From positions 1 through 64,000 of the forward strand of contig JAXHVD010000012.1 in assembly GCA_034189385.1 (NCBI GenBank): 64,000 nt of DNA, in the 5' to 3' direction. Every line of letters begins with the position of its first letter. The stretch's first letter is position 1. Below the pieces are notes generated by a model. That model was given only the letters and a program-made list of their open reading frames with translations. It did no database searches and was not told the DNA's origin. Positions 1 to 8,267 of this stretch are shown piece by piece. The stretch is from Thermodesulfobacteriota bacterium. GTDB taxonomy: Bacteria > Desulfobacterota > Desulfobacteria > Desulfobacterales > C00003060. A program made the position numbers and the translations under genes.

Positions 1-334
1 TAAGACAAATCGGCTACCCCACAGAAAGGGCTTGACAGAGACTAGAACCTGGGGCAGAATAACATTATCTAACCCACCTAAAGAACTAGAAAAACCAGCC
101 TTTGTTACGTATAGCCTGCCCCTGTCTATAATTGTCAAGGAATAACGATATCCAATGGGATATCACAAGCTCTGGGAATTGCAAAGCGAGTATGGTTTGA
201 CCTGTGAGAGCTTACTGGAGCCTGGTGCAGAATTGGTGTAAGTTCTCTTCATATTGACAGAACGATCGAGACCAATAGAGGCTGGAGAAAATAGGCCTAG
301 AATTGTCGGGTTCTGGGCCTCTCTTCGGCGGCAG

Positions 335-357
335 CTGTGTGAGAATCTGTGTGAGAA
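335..357. repeat. Tandem direct repeat CTGTGTGAGAA x2, putative integrase arm-type site at the right end of an integrated element
   Basis: Exact 11-bp repeat with 12-bp period, about 130 bp upstream of the tRNA 3' fragment. Confidence 0.5.
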
Positions 358-484
358 AAACTTTCCGAAATCCGTCAAAATCTGCCATTATATCCAAAAT
401 GCGTTGAAATTGACCAAACCATAAAACTAACTATTTCAAAAGGTTGCAATGTTTTGAGGAGGTTAGGAAACTCAGGGGCCTTGT

Positions 485-529
485 CTTCGAATCCGTAGGT
501 CGCCCGTTCGAGTCGGGCCGGGCGTGCCA
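485..529 (+). mobile_element. 3' fragment of tRNA-Arg(UCG), att site of an integrative element (not a complete tRNA)
   Basis: Anticodon loop CTTCGAA, 3' stem TCCGT, T-arm GCCCG-TTCGAGT-CGGGC, acceptor 3' strand CGGGCGT-G-CCA. Upstream sequence has no D-arm and no complement to TCCGT or CGGGCGT. Confidence 0.85.
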
Positions 530-574
530 ATAAAATTAACACCTTACGGATTCCAAAACCGCCCCCCCCTCCCC

Positions 575-718
575 TTCTGCTACCAAATTGCTACCAGTTG
601 TCTCAGAATCCCCCAAAATCGCCTTTCCAACCCTGCTGACTGCCTCTTGATTTTGGGTCTGTATCAAGTGCCCAGTGATGGAATGTGCCCACCGTCATCT
701 TGTAAAAGACCCTTGGCC
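575..718 (-). pseudogene. Decayed C-terminal remnant of a tyrosine integrase
   Basis: Across two frames reads GQGSF/KMTVGTF/GHLIQTQNQEAVSRVGKAILGDSETTGSNLVAE, resembling box II GHSSIxxTxDxYGHL plus the tail. Points toward the att site and overlaps TGCTACCA x2 (578-585, 589-596). Confidence 0.5.
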
Positions 719-861
719 CGCCGATTCCTTCGACTCCTTCCGCAGTTATCCAAAAGATGTGGGCCTCTAAGAGTTCGACACTCGGGGACAAGTATGCTAT
801 AAGATGCGTGTAAGTGTTCCCGGTACTGGATTTGACCGTATAAGAACAGGAGACAAGAAAG

Positions 862-1083
862 ATGGCAGACATTGTAATCAAAGATCTCGATATGAGCGAG
901 GAACTCGACAGGAAGGCCATGGAGAAAGTGGTTGGTGGTTGGTGGTTTAGCCAGCATACCAGTATGGGGTGGTGGTCTGGCCCATTTGGAGGCGGCGGTT
1001 ATAGCAACAGTTCCACCTCCTGGGGCACCGGCTTCTGGAACCCCTGGGGTGGGGGCCCCGGTTGGTGGGGAGGGGCCATGTGA
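862..1083 (+). CDS. Double-glycine leader peptide precursor (RiPP/bacteriocin-like) with Trp/Gly-rich core
   Basis: AGGAG RBS at 848-852; leader MADIVIKDLDMSEELDRKAMEKVVGG fits ELxxxxL/MxxVxGG; 47-aa core with 9 Trp and 14 Gly. Confidence 0.8.
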   Translation: MADIVIKDLDMSEELDRKAMEKVVGGWWFSQHTSMGWWSGPFGGGGYSNSSTSWGTGFWNPWGGGPGWWGGAM

Positions 1084-1152
1084 CGCAAGATAATGCCCCC
1101 CCAACACGGAAAGAGCAGGGCCTGATGGGTTGCCGAGAAAACCCCCTTGGGC

Positions 1153-3069
1153 TCACTCGGCAGACGACCAGAGTTCAGGCCCAATTTCCCTTACCTCGTG
1201 CAAGGGAGACGGCGTATCCAGACACCGACCAGGAAAACCCTTGCCCCGCCGGCTGCACATCCGGTGGAAGACTGAGATTGCCATAACATGAAGGAGGAGG
1301 TTCATCCAATTCCTGCGATCTCCTTCAGGCCCTGAACGCCTCAAGACCTCTCTTAGGGCACTTTCAGAAAAGGGGCCCTCTCCCTTGCTCAGATACTCGG
1401 AACAGAAATCCGGAAAGACCGCCTTCAGGATCTTGTAGTTCACGCTGTCGATGATCTCCGAATCCTCTGTGTAGAGGGGCACTTTTCGGCGATGGGCCAC
1501 CTCCCTTGGCAGCCACTGCTCGGCGGCCCTTCGGATAATCTTCTTGTTCCAAAAGAGTTCTTGATGCAAAGGTTCAGGGACGCTGCACAGGAGTTCTATC
1601 AGGCGATGATCCAGAAAGGGAACCCGCGCTTCCACGCCCTGAGCAGAGGAGGTTCGGTCTTCGTGCCAGAGATTGTATATCTGAAGGGATTGACTGCTGC
1701 ACATCTGCTCAAATCCAAAAACAGACCAGTCTTCGTCAGGGGCAGACAGAAAACCGTCGGCAAAGAGCCTATACCACTCTGTGGGCAGGTGAGAGGATTC
1801 AACCCTGAAATAGAGGCGCTTGTCCTTTAGAACCGAGCAGAACTGATACCAAGTGCGCCAGGAGGCCGGTCTCATGGCTGAGTAGCCCCCGGCAAATTCG
1901 TCGCCTCCCTGTCCCAGGAGGATCACCTTTAAATCTGGCAGTAAGGTCTTAGCATACCGGTGCAGTTCGTGTTTGAGGATCCACTCAAATTGATACTGGG
2001 GCATCTCCATGGCCCACACAAAATATTCGAACGCAGCAAGATCGTAGTTGATTTGACTTACCATGCGCTCGTCGTCAAAAAAGACCGGATGGAATAACAG
2101 CCCGAATCGCTCGCACAGATCCTCGGCGCTTTTTGTGTCCCCGCTTTTGTAGATCGCCTGCTCACAGATATGGAAAGCGTGCAAACAGCCAATTTCTTCC
2201 TTGGCCATGAGCGCTACAGCAGCCGAATCGACGCCACCACTCAAGAAACAGCCCAGGGGGACATCACTCATCAATCGCTTCTTGATGCTGTCCCTAAGGA
2301 GAGAACCATAGGCCTCGACGAACTCCTGAGCAGTCTTGAGGTACGAATACTTGGGGTTGCCAATGGCATGTGCAACCGACCAGTATTCCCTTGGCTCAGA
2401 AACACTGCCACCCTCGATCTCCATGAAATGGCCTCCTGGAAGAAAGCGGACCTCCTTAAGAAAGGTGGGAAGGCCGGCCAGTGGCCTTGGATTTCGGGGG
2501 ACCAACGGGCTGGGTACAAAGGTAAGGGATGGCCAATCCAGTTCCGTGGGGCAGGCTGGGTGGACGATCAAAGACTTGAGCTCCGACCCAAAGAGGAAAA
2601 GGTCCTGTGTGTGGCAATAGTAGAGGGGCTTGATGCCAAGTCGGTCACGGGCCAGAAAGAGCTTTCTGCGCCTTTGGTCCCAGAGAGCAATGGTAAACAT
2701 TCCGTTTAGAGCAGATAGGGCCTTGGCCCCGCATTCTTCATACAGGTGGAGGACCACCTCAGAATCGGAACGGGTGCGGAAGCGGTGGTGTTGGTCTAGT
2801 TGAGACCGAAGCTCCAAGTGGTTGTAAATCTCTCCGTTGACCAGGACGCAGAGGCTGTGATCTTCGTTCCATATTGGCTGACGTCCCCCTGGCAGGTCCA
2901 CGATGGAGAGTCGACGAAAAACAAAGGAGATATCGGCAGTGTCGTAGAACGTCTCGTCGTCAGGGCCGCGCCTAGAGAGTTGCGTTGCCATGGCCTGAAG
3001 CATGGCCATGCGCCTGTCCGGAGGATCCGGCAAGGATGTCAGGTAAATGAAACCAGCGAATCCGCACAT
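1153..3069 (-). CDS. asnB: Asparagine synthetase (glutamine-hydrolysing)-like amidotransferase
   Basis: N-terminal MCG, RRGPD, RRLSIVDL, NGEIYNH, RDRLGIKPLYY, LSGGVDS, GGDEFAGGY, EARVPFLD; AGGAG RBS. Confidence 0.92.
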   Translation of the reverse strand: MCGFAGFIYLTSLPDPPDRRMAMLQAMATQLSRRGPDDETFYDTADISFVFRRLSIVDLPGGRQPIWNEDHSLCVLVNGEIYNHLELRSQLDQHHRFRTRSDSEVVLHLYEECGAKALSALNGMFTIALWDQRRRKLFLARDRLGIKPLYYCHTQDLFLFGSELKSLIVHPACPTELDWPSLTFVPSPLVPRNPRPLAGLPTFLKEVRFLPGGHFMEIEGGSVSEPREYWSVAHAIGNPKYSYLKTAQEFVEAYGSLLRDSIKKRLMSDVPLGCFLSGGVDSAAVALMAKEEIGCLHAFHICEQAIYKSGDTKSAEDLCERFGLLFHPVFFDDERMVSQINYDLAAFEYFVWAMEMPQYQFEWILKHELHRYAKTLLPDLKVILLGQGGDEFAGGYSAMRPASWRTWYQFCSVLKDKRLYFRVESSHLPTEWYRLFADGFLSAPDEDWSVFGFEQMCSSQSLQIYNLWHEDRTSSAQGVEARVPFLDHRLIELLCSVPEPLHQELFWNKKIIRRAAEQWLPREVAHRRKVPLYTEDSEIIDSVNYKILKAVFPDFCSEYLSKGEGPFSESALREVLRRSGPEGDRRNWMNLLLHVMAISVFHRMCSRRGKGFPGRCLDTPSPLHEVREIGPELWSSAE

Positions 3070-3367
3070 CGTTTCTCATCTCCTGGGATGGGACTAGGCT
3101 CCTTCGACGCATTGGATGCCGAGTAGAAGCGATGGCCCCCATCGTGAATGCTCGTTTAGAAGCAGGCGATGCCACCTTCAGAACGCGACTAAAAGGTTTG
3201 ATCTAATCTACTTTCTAGTGTATTATATATGTTAACTATCTTTGAGTCCATTGCTGGCTGTATAGCCCTCTTGTTCTGGCTTTGCTTGTATCCATTGCGA
3301 ACCGAATCTCGCTGGGGGGCCAACCGTTGAAAGCCTCTCCGGGAAGTAGGCACGGGAAGTAGGCACT

Positions 3368-3802
3368 ATGAAACATTCGGCCCCAACATCCCACAAGGAG
3401 ACTCTTAACACACGTTTAAAAGAACTCCTCAAGGAGGTCTCTCCCCTAATCGACCAGGCCTCTGAAGACCAAAAGGGGAGGCTCTTGAGCTTGCTGGAAG
3501 ATTTGCGCGGGAGGGACCGACGAGAGTATCCCAGAAAACCATGCTTAACCAGCGTAACTTATGCCACCTTGGATCGCATCTTTAAGGCTTTTATCCGGAA
3601 CATAGGCAATGGTGGTGTCTTCATCGAGACGAGTGAACCCTTGTTAAAGGAAAAAGACATTACTCTGACCTTCTCCTTCCCCAACCACGAAGAACCGCTC
3701 AAACTCGCAGGCGAAATTGTGTGGACGGTGGAAAACAAGGGAATTGGAGTAAAGTTCACAACAGCGGACTACAGCCTTGCGGCCGCCGTAAAATCCCTTT
3801 AG
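3368..3802 (+). CDS. PilZ domain protein
   Basis: RREYPR (RxxxR) and NIGNGG motifs, GEIVW...GIGVKF. Confidence 0.88.
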   Translation: MKHSAPTSHKETLNTRLKELLKEVSPLIDQASEDQKGRLLSLLEDLRGRDRREYPRKPCLTSVTYATLDRIFKAFIRNIGNGGVFIETSEPLLKEKDITLTFSFPNHEEPLKLAGEIVWTVENKGIGVKFTTADYSLAAAVKSL

Positions 3803-4044
3803 CCCCTTCCTCTGACCCTCTCCCGTGGGGCCGTCGTTTGGATCGCCCTCTCTCTTGCGGCAAAGACGTTAGCTCAAATTCGCTCAATGTGGACCTATTT
3901 TCCCATTGGTGGCGCTATAATTCCCATTCCTCTGAGGATACATTTTTATTGAAAGACGGCGTAACCATTTGAAGTTGATATTAATATGTCAATTGATCTC
4001 TCTTTGCATGGTTTTTGCATAGATAACACATTAGATTCTCTCTG

Positions 4045-4275
4045 TTGCTCTTATACCACCTTCGTCGAGGACAAGACAGATTGCTTGAAAGACTCTTCAA
4101 AATCCAACACGGTTTCAATCCCCTTCACATTTATTGCCGTTTGATGGAAAGGGGACTGGGTAAAGGTCTGTCCCTGTCAATATGCAGGTATTACGAAGTC
4201 CTCGTCTTTCGTTGGCTTGCCCGGTTCATCGCCGTTGCCATACACATTTGCAGGCTTACACGACGCATCACCTAG
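4045..4275 (+). CDS. Small hypothetical protein
   Basis: 76-aa ORF with protein-like NPLHIYCRL...ICRYYE segment; TTG start uncertain. Confidence 0.5.
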   Translation: MLLYHLRRGQDRLLERLFKIQHGFNPLHIYCRLMERGLGKGLSLSICRYYEVLVFRWLARFIAVAIHICRLTRRIT

Positions 4276-4579
4276 CCTCCGCCTGCCATTTTGCCCCGAC
4301 TTGCTGCTGGCTTGTGCTCTGGTCGCGTCAAGGGCCAAAGAAGGCATCTGAAAGGTGATGGCGTTGAGTGGAGAAGAAAGGAGGTAAACCGGCAAGGGGT
4401 GTCGTGGCCTCCTCTTTTTGTCTGTTCCTATGGCCTGTCACCCTTGTCAAGCCTCAGCCCCCCCCAACCCTAACCTTGTTTGCGCAACCGTAGACGGGCA
4501 ACCAGATCTGTTCAAATCAAGGCTACGGTGTTGGTTTTTCACAAACCCTTTTCTTTTTCCTTCCATTGCTTTTAACAGA

Positions 4580-4608
4580 TTGACTTTTCAGCTTTCTCGC
4601 TGTAGTCT
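4580..4608 (+). promoter_or_regulatory. Putative sigma70 promoter of the PilZ gene at 4649
   Basis: TTGACT-N17-TAGTCT, about 40 bp upstream of ATG. Confidence 0.4.
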
Positions 4609-4648
4609 ACAAAAAAGTGCAGGGTTGCACTAGTGGGAGTGAAATGCC

Positions 4649-5107
4649 ATGAAAAAAGTGGTCGAACAATCAGATGATGCCTCTGTTACAGCTCGATTGA
4701 AACAGGCCATGGGAAACATATCTAACCTGATCACCAATGGATCAGAAGAGCAAAAGCGTACCATATTGGAGGTCTTGGAAAACCACCGGCTGCTAGAATT
4801 GCTCGAAGATTGGCGGCACGGAGAGCGGAGAAAAACAGACAGAAAACCCTTTTCGCTCTCTGTTCAATACGCGACGGAGCATGAGATCCTCACCGATTTT
4901 CCAAGGGACATTAGCAGTGGCGGTATGTTTATTGAAACCTCTGCCTCCCTGCCGGTGGGACAGCAGATCACACTGACCTTAACCCCTCCCAATGAGGGAA
5001 AAACCATCAAGGCCGCTGCGGAAGTCGTCTGGACGGGCCCAGGGGGAGTTGGCGTGAGATTTACGGCGATGAGCAAGGAGTTGGAAAGGATGATCAAGAA
5101 GCTTTAG
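4649..5107 (+). CDS. PilZ domain protein
   Basis: RRKTDR and DISSGGMF motifs, AEVVW...GVGVRF. Confidence 0.88.
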   Translation: MKKVVEQSDDASVTARLKQAMGNISNLITNGSEEQKRTILEVLENHRLLELLEDWRHGERRKTDRKPFSLSVQYATEHEILTDFPRDISSGGMFIETSASLPVGQQITLTLTPPNEGKTIKAAAEVVWTGPGGVGVRFTAMSKELERMIKKL

Positions 5108-5451
5108 TCTGTTGGTTCTTCCGTTCTGGTCCTGTGACCATTGCAGCTTCTGCTCATAGGTGTTTCCTTTTCCCTCCCCCAGTTGGTGTCGGGCTGTTCT
5201 CTTTTTTTGTCATTCTCGCCATGAGTCTGATCGAAAGGGTTCGAGGATTCAGCGGGTCCAGCGTTTTATCCCTCTTCACAAATCGTCCTCATTGTCAGGC
5301 CCCTCTGGTCTTTCACATAGACGTGCACCTGACCAGGTACTGTTGGGGCCAACAGATTCGGACATGATCCTGCGGTACGAGCCGGGGCCTTGCCAGCTCT
5401 TTCGAAATGGAGAATCTCCATGGTCCTGTTGGTTCGTGGATGGGCACCAGA

Positions 5452-6678
5452 TTAGGCTATCCCTGAAAAATGGCTATATTGGTCGCCATCCGTATCCATG
5501 GCAAGCCCGTACAGATCTTTACCCTTAAACTGGAATTGTATATGTGAGGGGTCAATGGTGCCGTTAGCCGATGCGTTTTGACGAACGGTGAACTTGACAG
5601 TGGCCGTCCAAGATTCCGAATCGTAGTAAATGCTATCTGGGATGGATGCGATCCTCACTTCCGTAGAGGGGATAGGAAGGCCGAAATTGTAAGCCTCTCC
5701 CGGCCCAGCGCCAGAGGCCCTGCTAATCTGCCAATTGGCCCTGTTCTCTACAGACGACCTGTCCATCTCTTTGTCAAAGGCGATCGTCATAGTGAACGTC
5801 TTGGAGGCATCAGGGGCTGCAAGGTAGGCATGTAGGGAGGAAACAGGGGTTTTGGGGGGTTGGGGCCCGAAGCCCTCGGTGGAGTAGGCGACAGTGAAGT
5901 TTGGCCGGTCAGCGGTGTATATGTACCGACTCAGCGTATTGGCCAGGGCCAGATCTCTGTGCACCAGAAATGCCAGCATTTCCTGGGCTTCTCCCTTTTG
6001 GCCCTGATCGGCACGGGCATACCCTATTTCCGCGTAAGCGTCATAGAAGTCTTTGTCCAACCCTATGGCCTCTTCAAACTCTCTGATGGCCTCCTCATAA
6101 CGGCCCTCCTTGCTGTAGACAAGTCCCAGCCCGTAGGAGCCATTGGGCTTGTCAGGGGTCAAGCGCCGGACCTCATTGAATTGGGCCTGTGCCTCGCTCA
6201 AGCGGTCTGTGCTCAAATAGACCTGCCCAAGGGCAAAGTGATTGTTCGCACTGGGGTTCAGTTGCACGGCCACCTCATATTGTCTCTCCGCCTCTGCGTA
6301 TCGTCCCAGGCTGAAATAGAGGTTTCCCAGTGAGACGCGCACGTCGTCGCGCATAGGGTCGAGCCTGATCGATTCCCGGTAGGCACCGATAGCCTTCTCA
6401 GCTTCGTTCAGCTGGAGGTATGCAGTTGCCATGTAGTTTGATGCATCGACCGAATTCGCTGAAGTCGGTGACAGGGCTACGGACCTCTTGAATTCCCTGA
6501 GGGCCCCCTGATAATCTCTCTTGACCAATAGATCTATGCCAGTCCTTAAGGCCCCTTCTGCCAGACTGTCGAGCTGTTGGATTTGCCCGTAGGTAGCACT
6601 AAAAAGAGCATCAGACTGAGCCGCAGATATGGCTTCCATGTGGTGTGGGCCTGCCTTTCGATCTTTCTTCCACTTCAA
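5452..6678 (-). CDS. Tetratricopeptide repeat protein with beta-rich C-terminal domain (start may be ATG 6639)
   Basis: Several TPR repeats (LGNLYFSLGRYAEA, LGLVYSKEGRYEEA). Confidence 0.85.
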   Translation of the reverse strand: MKWKKDRKAGPHHMEAISAAQSDALFSATYGQIQQLDSLAEGALRTGIDLLVKRDYQGALREFKRSVALSPTSANSVDASNYMATAYLQLNEAEKAIGAYRESIRLDPMRDDVRVSLGNLYFSLGRYAEAERQYEVAVQLNPSANNHFALGQVYLSTDRLSEAQAQFNEVRRLTPDKPNGSYGLGLVYSKEGRYEEAIREFEEAIGLDKDFYDAYAEIGYARADQGQKGEAQEMLAFLVHRDLALANTLSRYIYTADRPNFTVAYSTEGFGPQPPKTPVSSLHAYLAAPDASKTFTMTIAFDKEMDRSSVENRANWQISRASGAGPGEAYNFGLPIPSTEVRIASIPDSIYYDSESWTATVKFTVRQNASANGTIDPSHIQFQFKGKDLYGLAMDTDGDQYSHFSGIA

Positions 6679-6817
6679 CTCCCGCGCAAGGGGCCCTTGA
6701 ACAGCCAGCTTGTTGACCCGATCCTGATGGCCAGGCCCGGCCGTACATCTTGAATCGAATCACCAAGCTGATCCGCACGGGACCGGTTCGGTCTCCCTAA
6801 CGGGGAGTCCATAGCAT

Positions 6818-6844
6818 ATATCGCCCGATTTCTGCATCTCTTGA
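6818..6844 (-). promoter_or_regulatory. Possible sigma28 (FliA)-type promoter for the TPR gene
   Basis: Minus strand TCAA-N15-GGCGATAT versus consensus TAAA-N15-GCCGATAA. Confidence 0.35.
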
Positions 6845-7127
6845 GCCTTTTTGGCGCCTTTAGTTGCTGTTCCAATAAGTCAGATTTCGCTGCTCCTGGC
6901 ATTGAATGGCGTCTTTCGCCTCCCTCGGAGGATGCGAACTGGGGTTGCTCACAAACTGTTAACATGGGCTATTAGGCATAACAGACGTCAATGGCCGGCA
7001 GTTTCTCGCTGGGCCTACGTTACTTCTCCCTTCACACAGGAGCCCCTGGCTCATCAGGACAAAACGGGCTTTGACTGGATATGCAATCTCTTTAAACAAG
7101 TTCGAGCCTCACGGCTTGAAAAGAGAC

Positions 7128-7378
7128 GTCTCCTTATCAACCGTTAGAAATAACAACTAAAAGTGTGCTGAGGTTTAGAAAATGGAAGAACCCTGGTTTG
7201 AACCTTTCTGATGCGATGGGAGCCTCGGGGGTAGGAAATCCGCTTCTCTTCGGCCTCCAATGCCTTAAGTAGCTGTGCGAAGATTCTGGGTTGCAATGGC
7301 TGTAGGTCTTCGTTCAGCGAATTTCCCACCCCCTCTGTTTGCACATCCCCGGGGGGGTACAAGTCTTGACAGACCTAC
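7128..7378. mobile_element. MITE-like dispersed repeat, copy 1
   Basis: Colinear similarity to 55406-55655, including the shared block CGCTTCTCTTCGGCCTCCAATGCCTT; ends CCTTATCAAC and GTCTTGACAGACCTAC. Confidence 0.7.
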
Positions 7379-7679
7379 TATTACTGGAAACGGGGCCTGC
7401 GAAACTTGAGCTCTTTACATTCCACTTGGGTTAGAGCGCAGAGAAAGGTCTGGGTTTTGGTCGTGTTTTTTGAAATCGACTGTGGGTGTTTGGCTGTAAA
7501 TGAGATGATTTTAAGTCATACACGAGAGGAACTGTAGAAGGAATCTAAGGAAAAGCTGTTTCAAGGATTGTCATTTTAGGATTTTGGTGCTATAATAAAT
7601 ACTTGTTTGAAAGAATCAGCGATCCAGTGATATTTTCTCACGCTCTGATGGCAACAGATTCAATAAAGGGAGAGGCTTT

Positions 7680-8042
7680 GTGAGTGCCCATGTAGCACCT
7701 CGATGTGATGCTTCTGACAATAGGCGCAGTGGAAAGGACCGACGTAGGCACATCGATCCCCGCTATCGAAATGCCGCCTACCTTGGATTTATTGATAGGA
7801 GAAAGGGCCAAAGACGACAGCCGGTTTATGAGGATACATATCCTTTAATAAGGGAACATCCCGTAAGAAGATGGACGACGCGGATCGGCGCTGTGGTGGC
7901 ACTTTTGTTTGTGTATTTGTTGCTCTTCACAAACGTCATCGTCTGCAAGAGGGTAGCTGAGGGAACAGATCGGAAATGCACTATCACGATCGGCTGCGGT
8001 GAATACGACGGTCACCATGAGCGCAGCACTTCTGCCACTTAG
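7680..8042 (+). CDS. Hypothetical membrane protein with Arg-rich DRR repeats
   Basis: RRSGKDRRR...YLGFIDRRKGQRR followed by one hydrophobic helix; GGGAGAGG RBS. Confidence 0.6.
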   Translation: MSAHVAPRCDASDNRRSGKDRRRHIDPRYRNAAYLGFIDRRKGQRRQPVYEDTYPLIREHPVRRWTTRIGAVVALLFVYLLLFTNVIVCKRVAEGTDRKCTITIGCGEYDGHHERSTSAT

Positions 8043-8267
8043 CCGACGGTGATGGTCTGGGCCTTTTCTTTTTCCAACAGTGACCGCTCCAGTTCATTGG
8101 CCAAGATGTCCTTAAGCTCTTCTCTTTTCTCTTCCTGACATCATACTCCACACCCTTCGGGAACCAGTCGTTTTGGGCGTTCACCAGAAGCCAGGCTTTT
8201 TCCTTTTAACACCGTAACACTTCCATGGACAAGAGGCGCAAAAAACCCAAGTCCGGAGAACATAGCT

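Noticed and set aside
2..145. Open frame running in from the left edge (…FVTYSLPLSIIVKE-stop) followed by palindrome GATATCC-AATG-GGATATC
   Set aside because: Too short and without recognisable motifs; cannot be supported without upstream sequence.
450..529. Complete tRNA-Arg gene
   Set aside because: 5' acceptor strand, D-arm and 5' anticodon stem are absent; reported as an att fragment instead.
862..3069. Lasso peptide cluster
   Set aside because: Core lacks Asp/Glu, the leader is GG-type, no B1/B2 genes are present, and the AsnB keeps an intact Cys-GATase domain.
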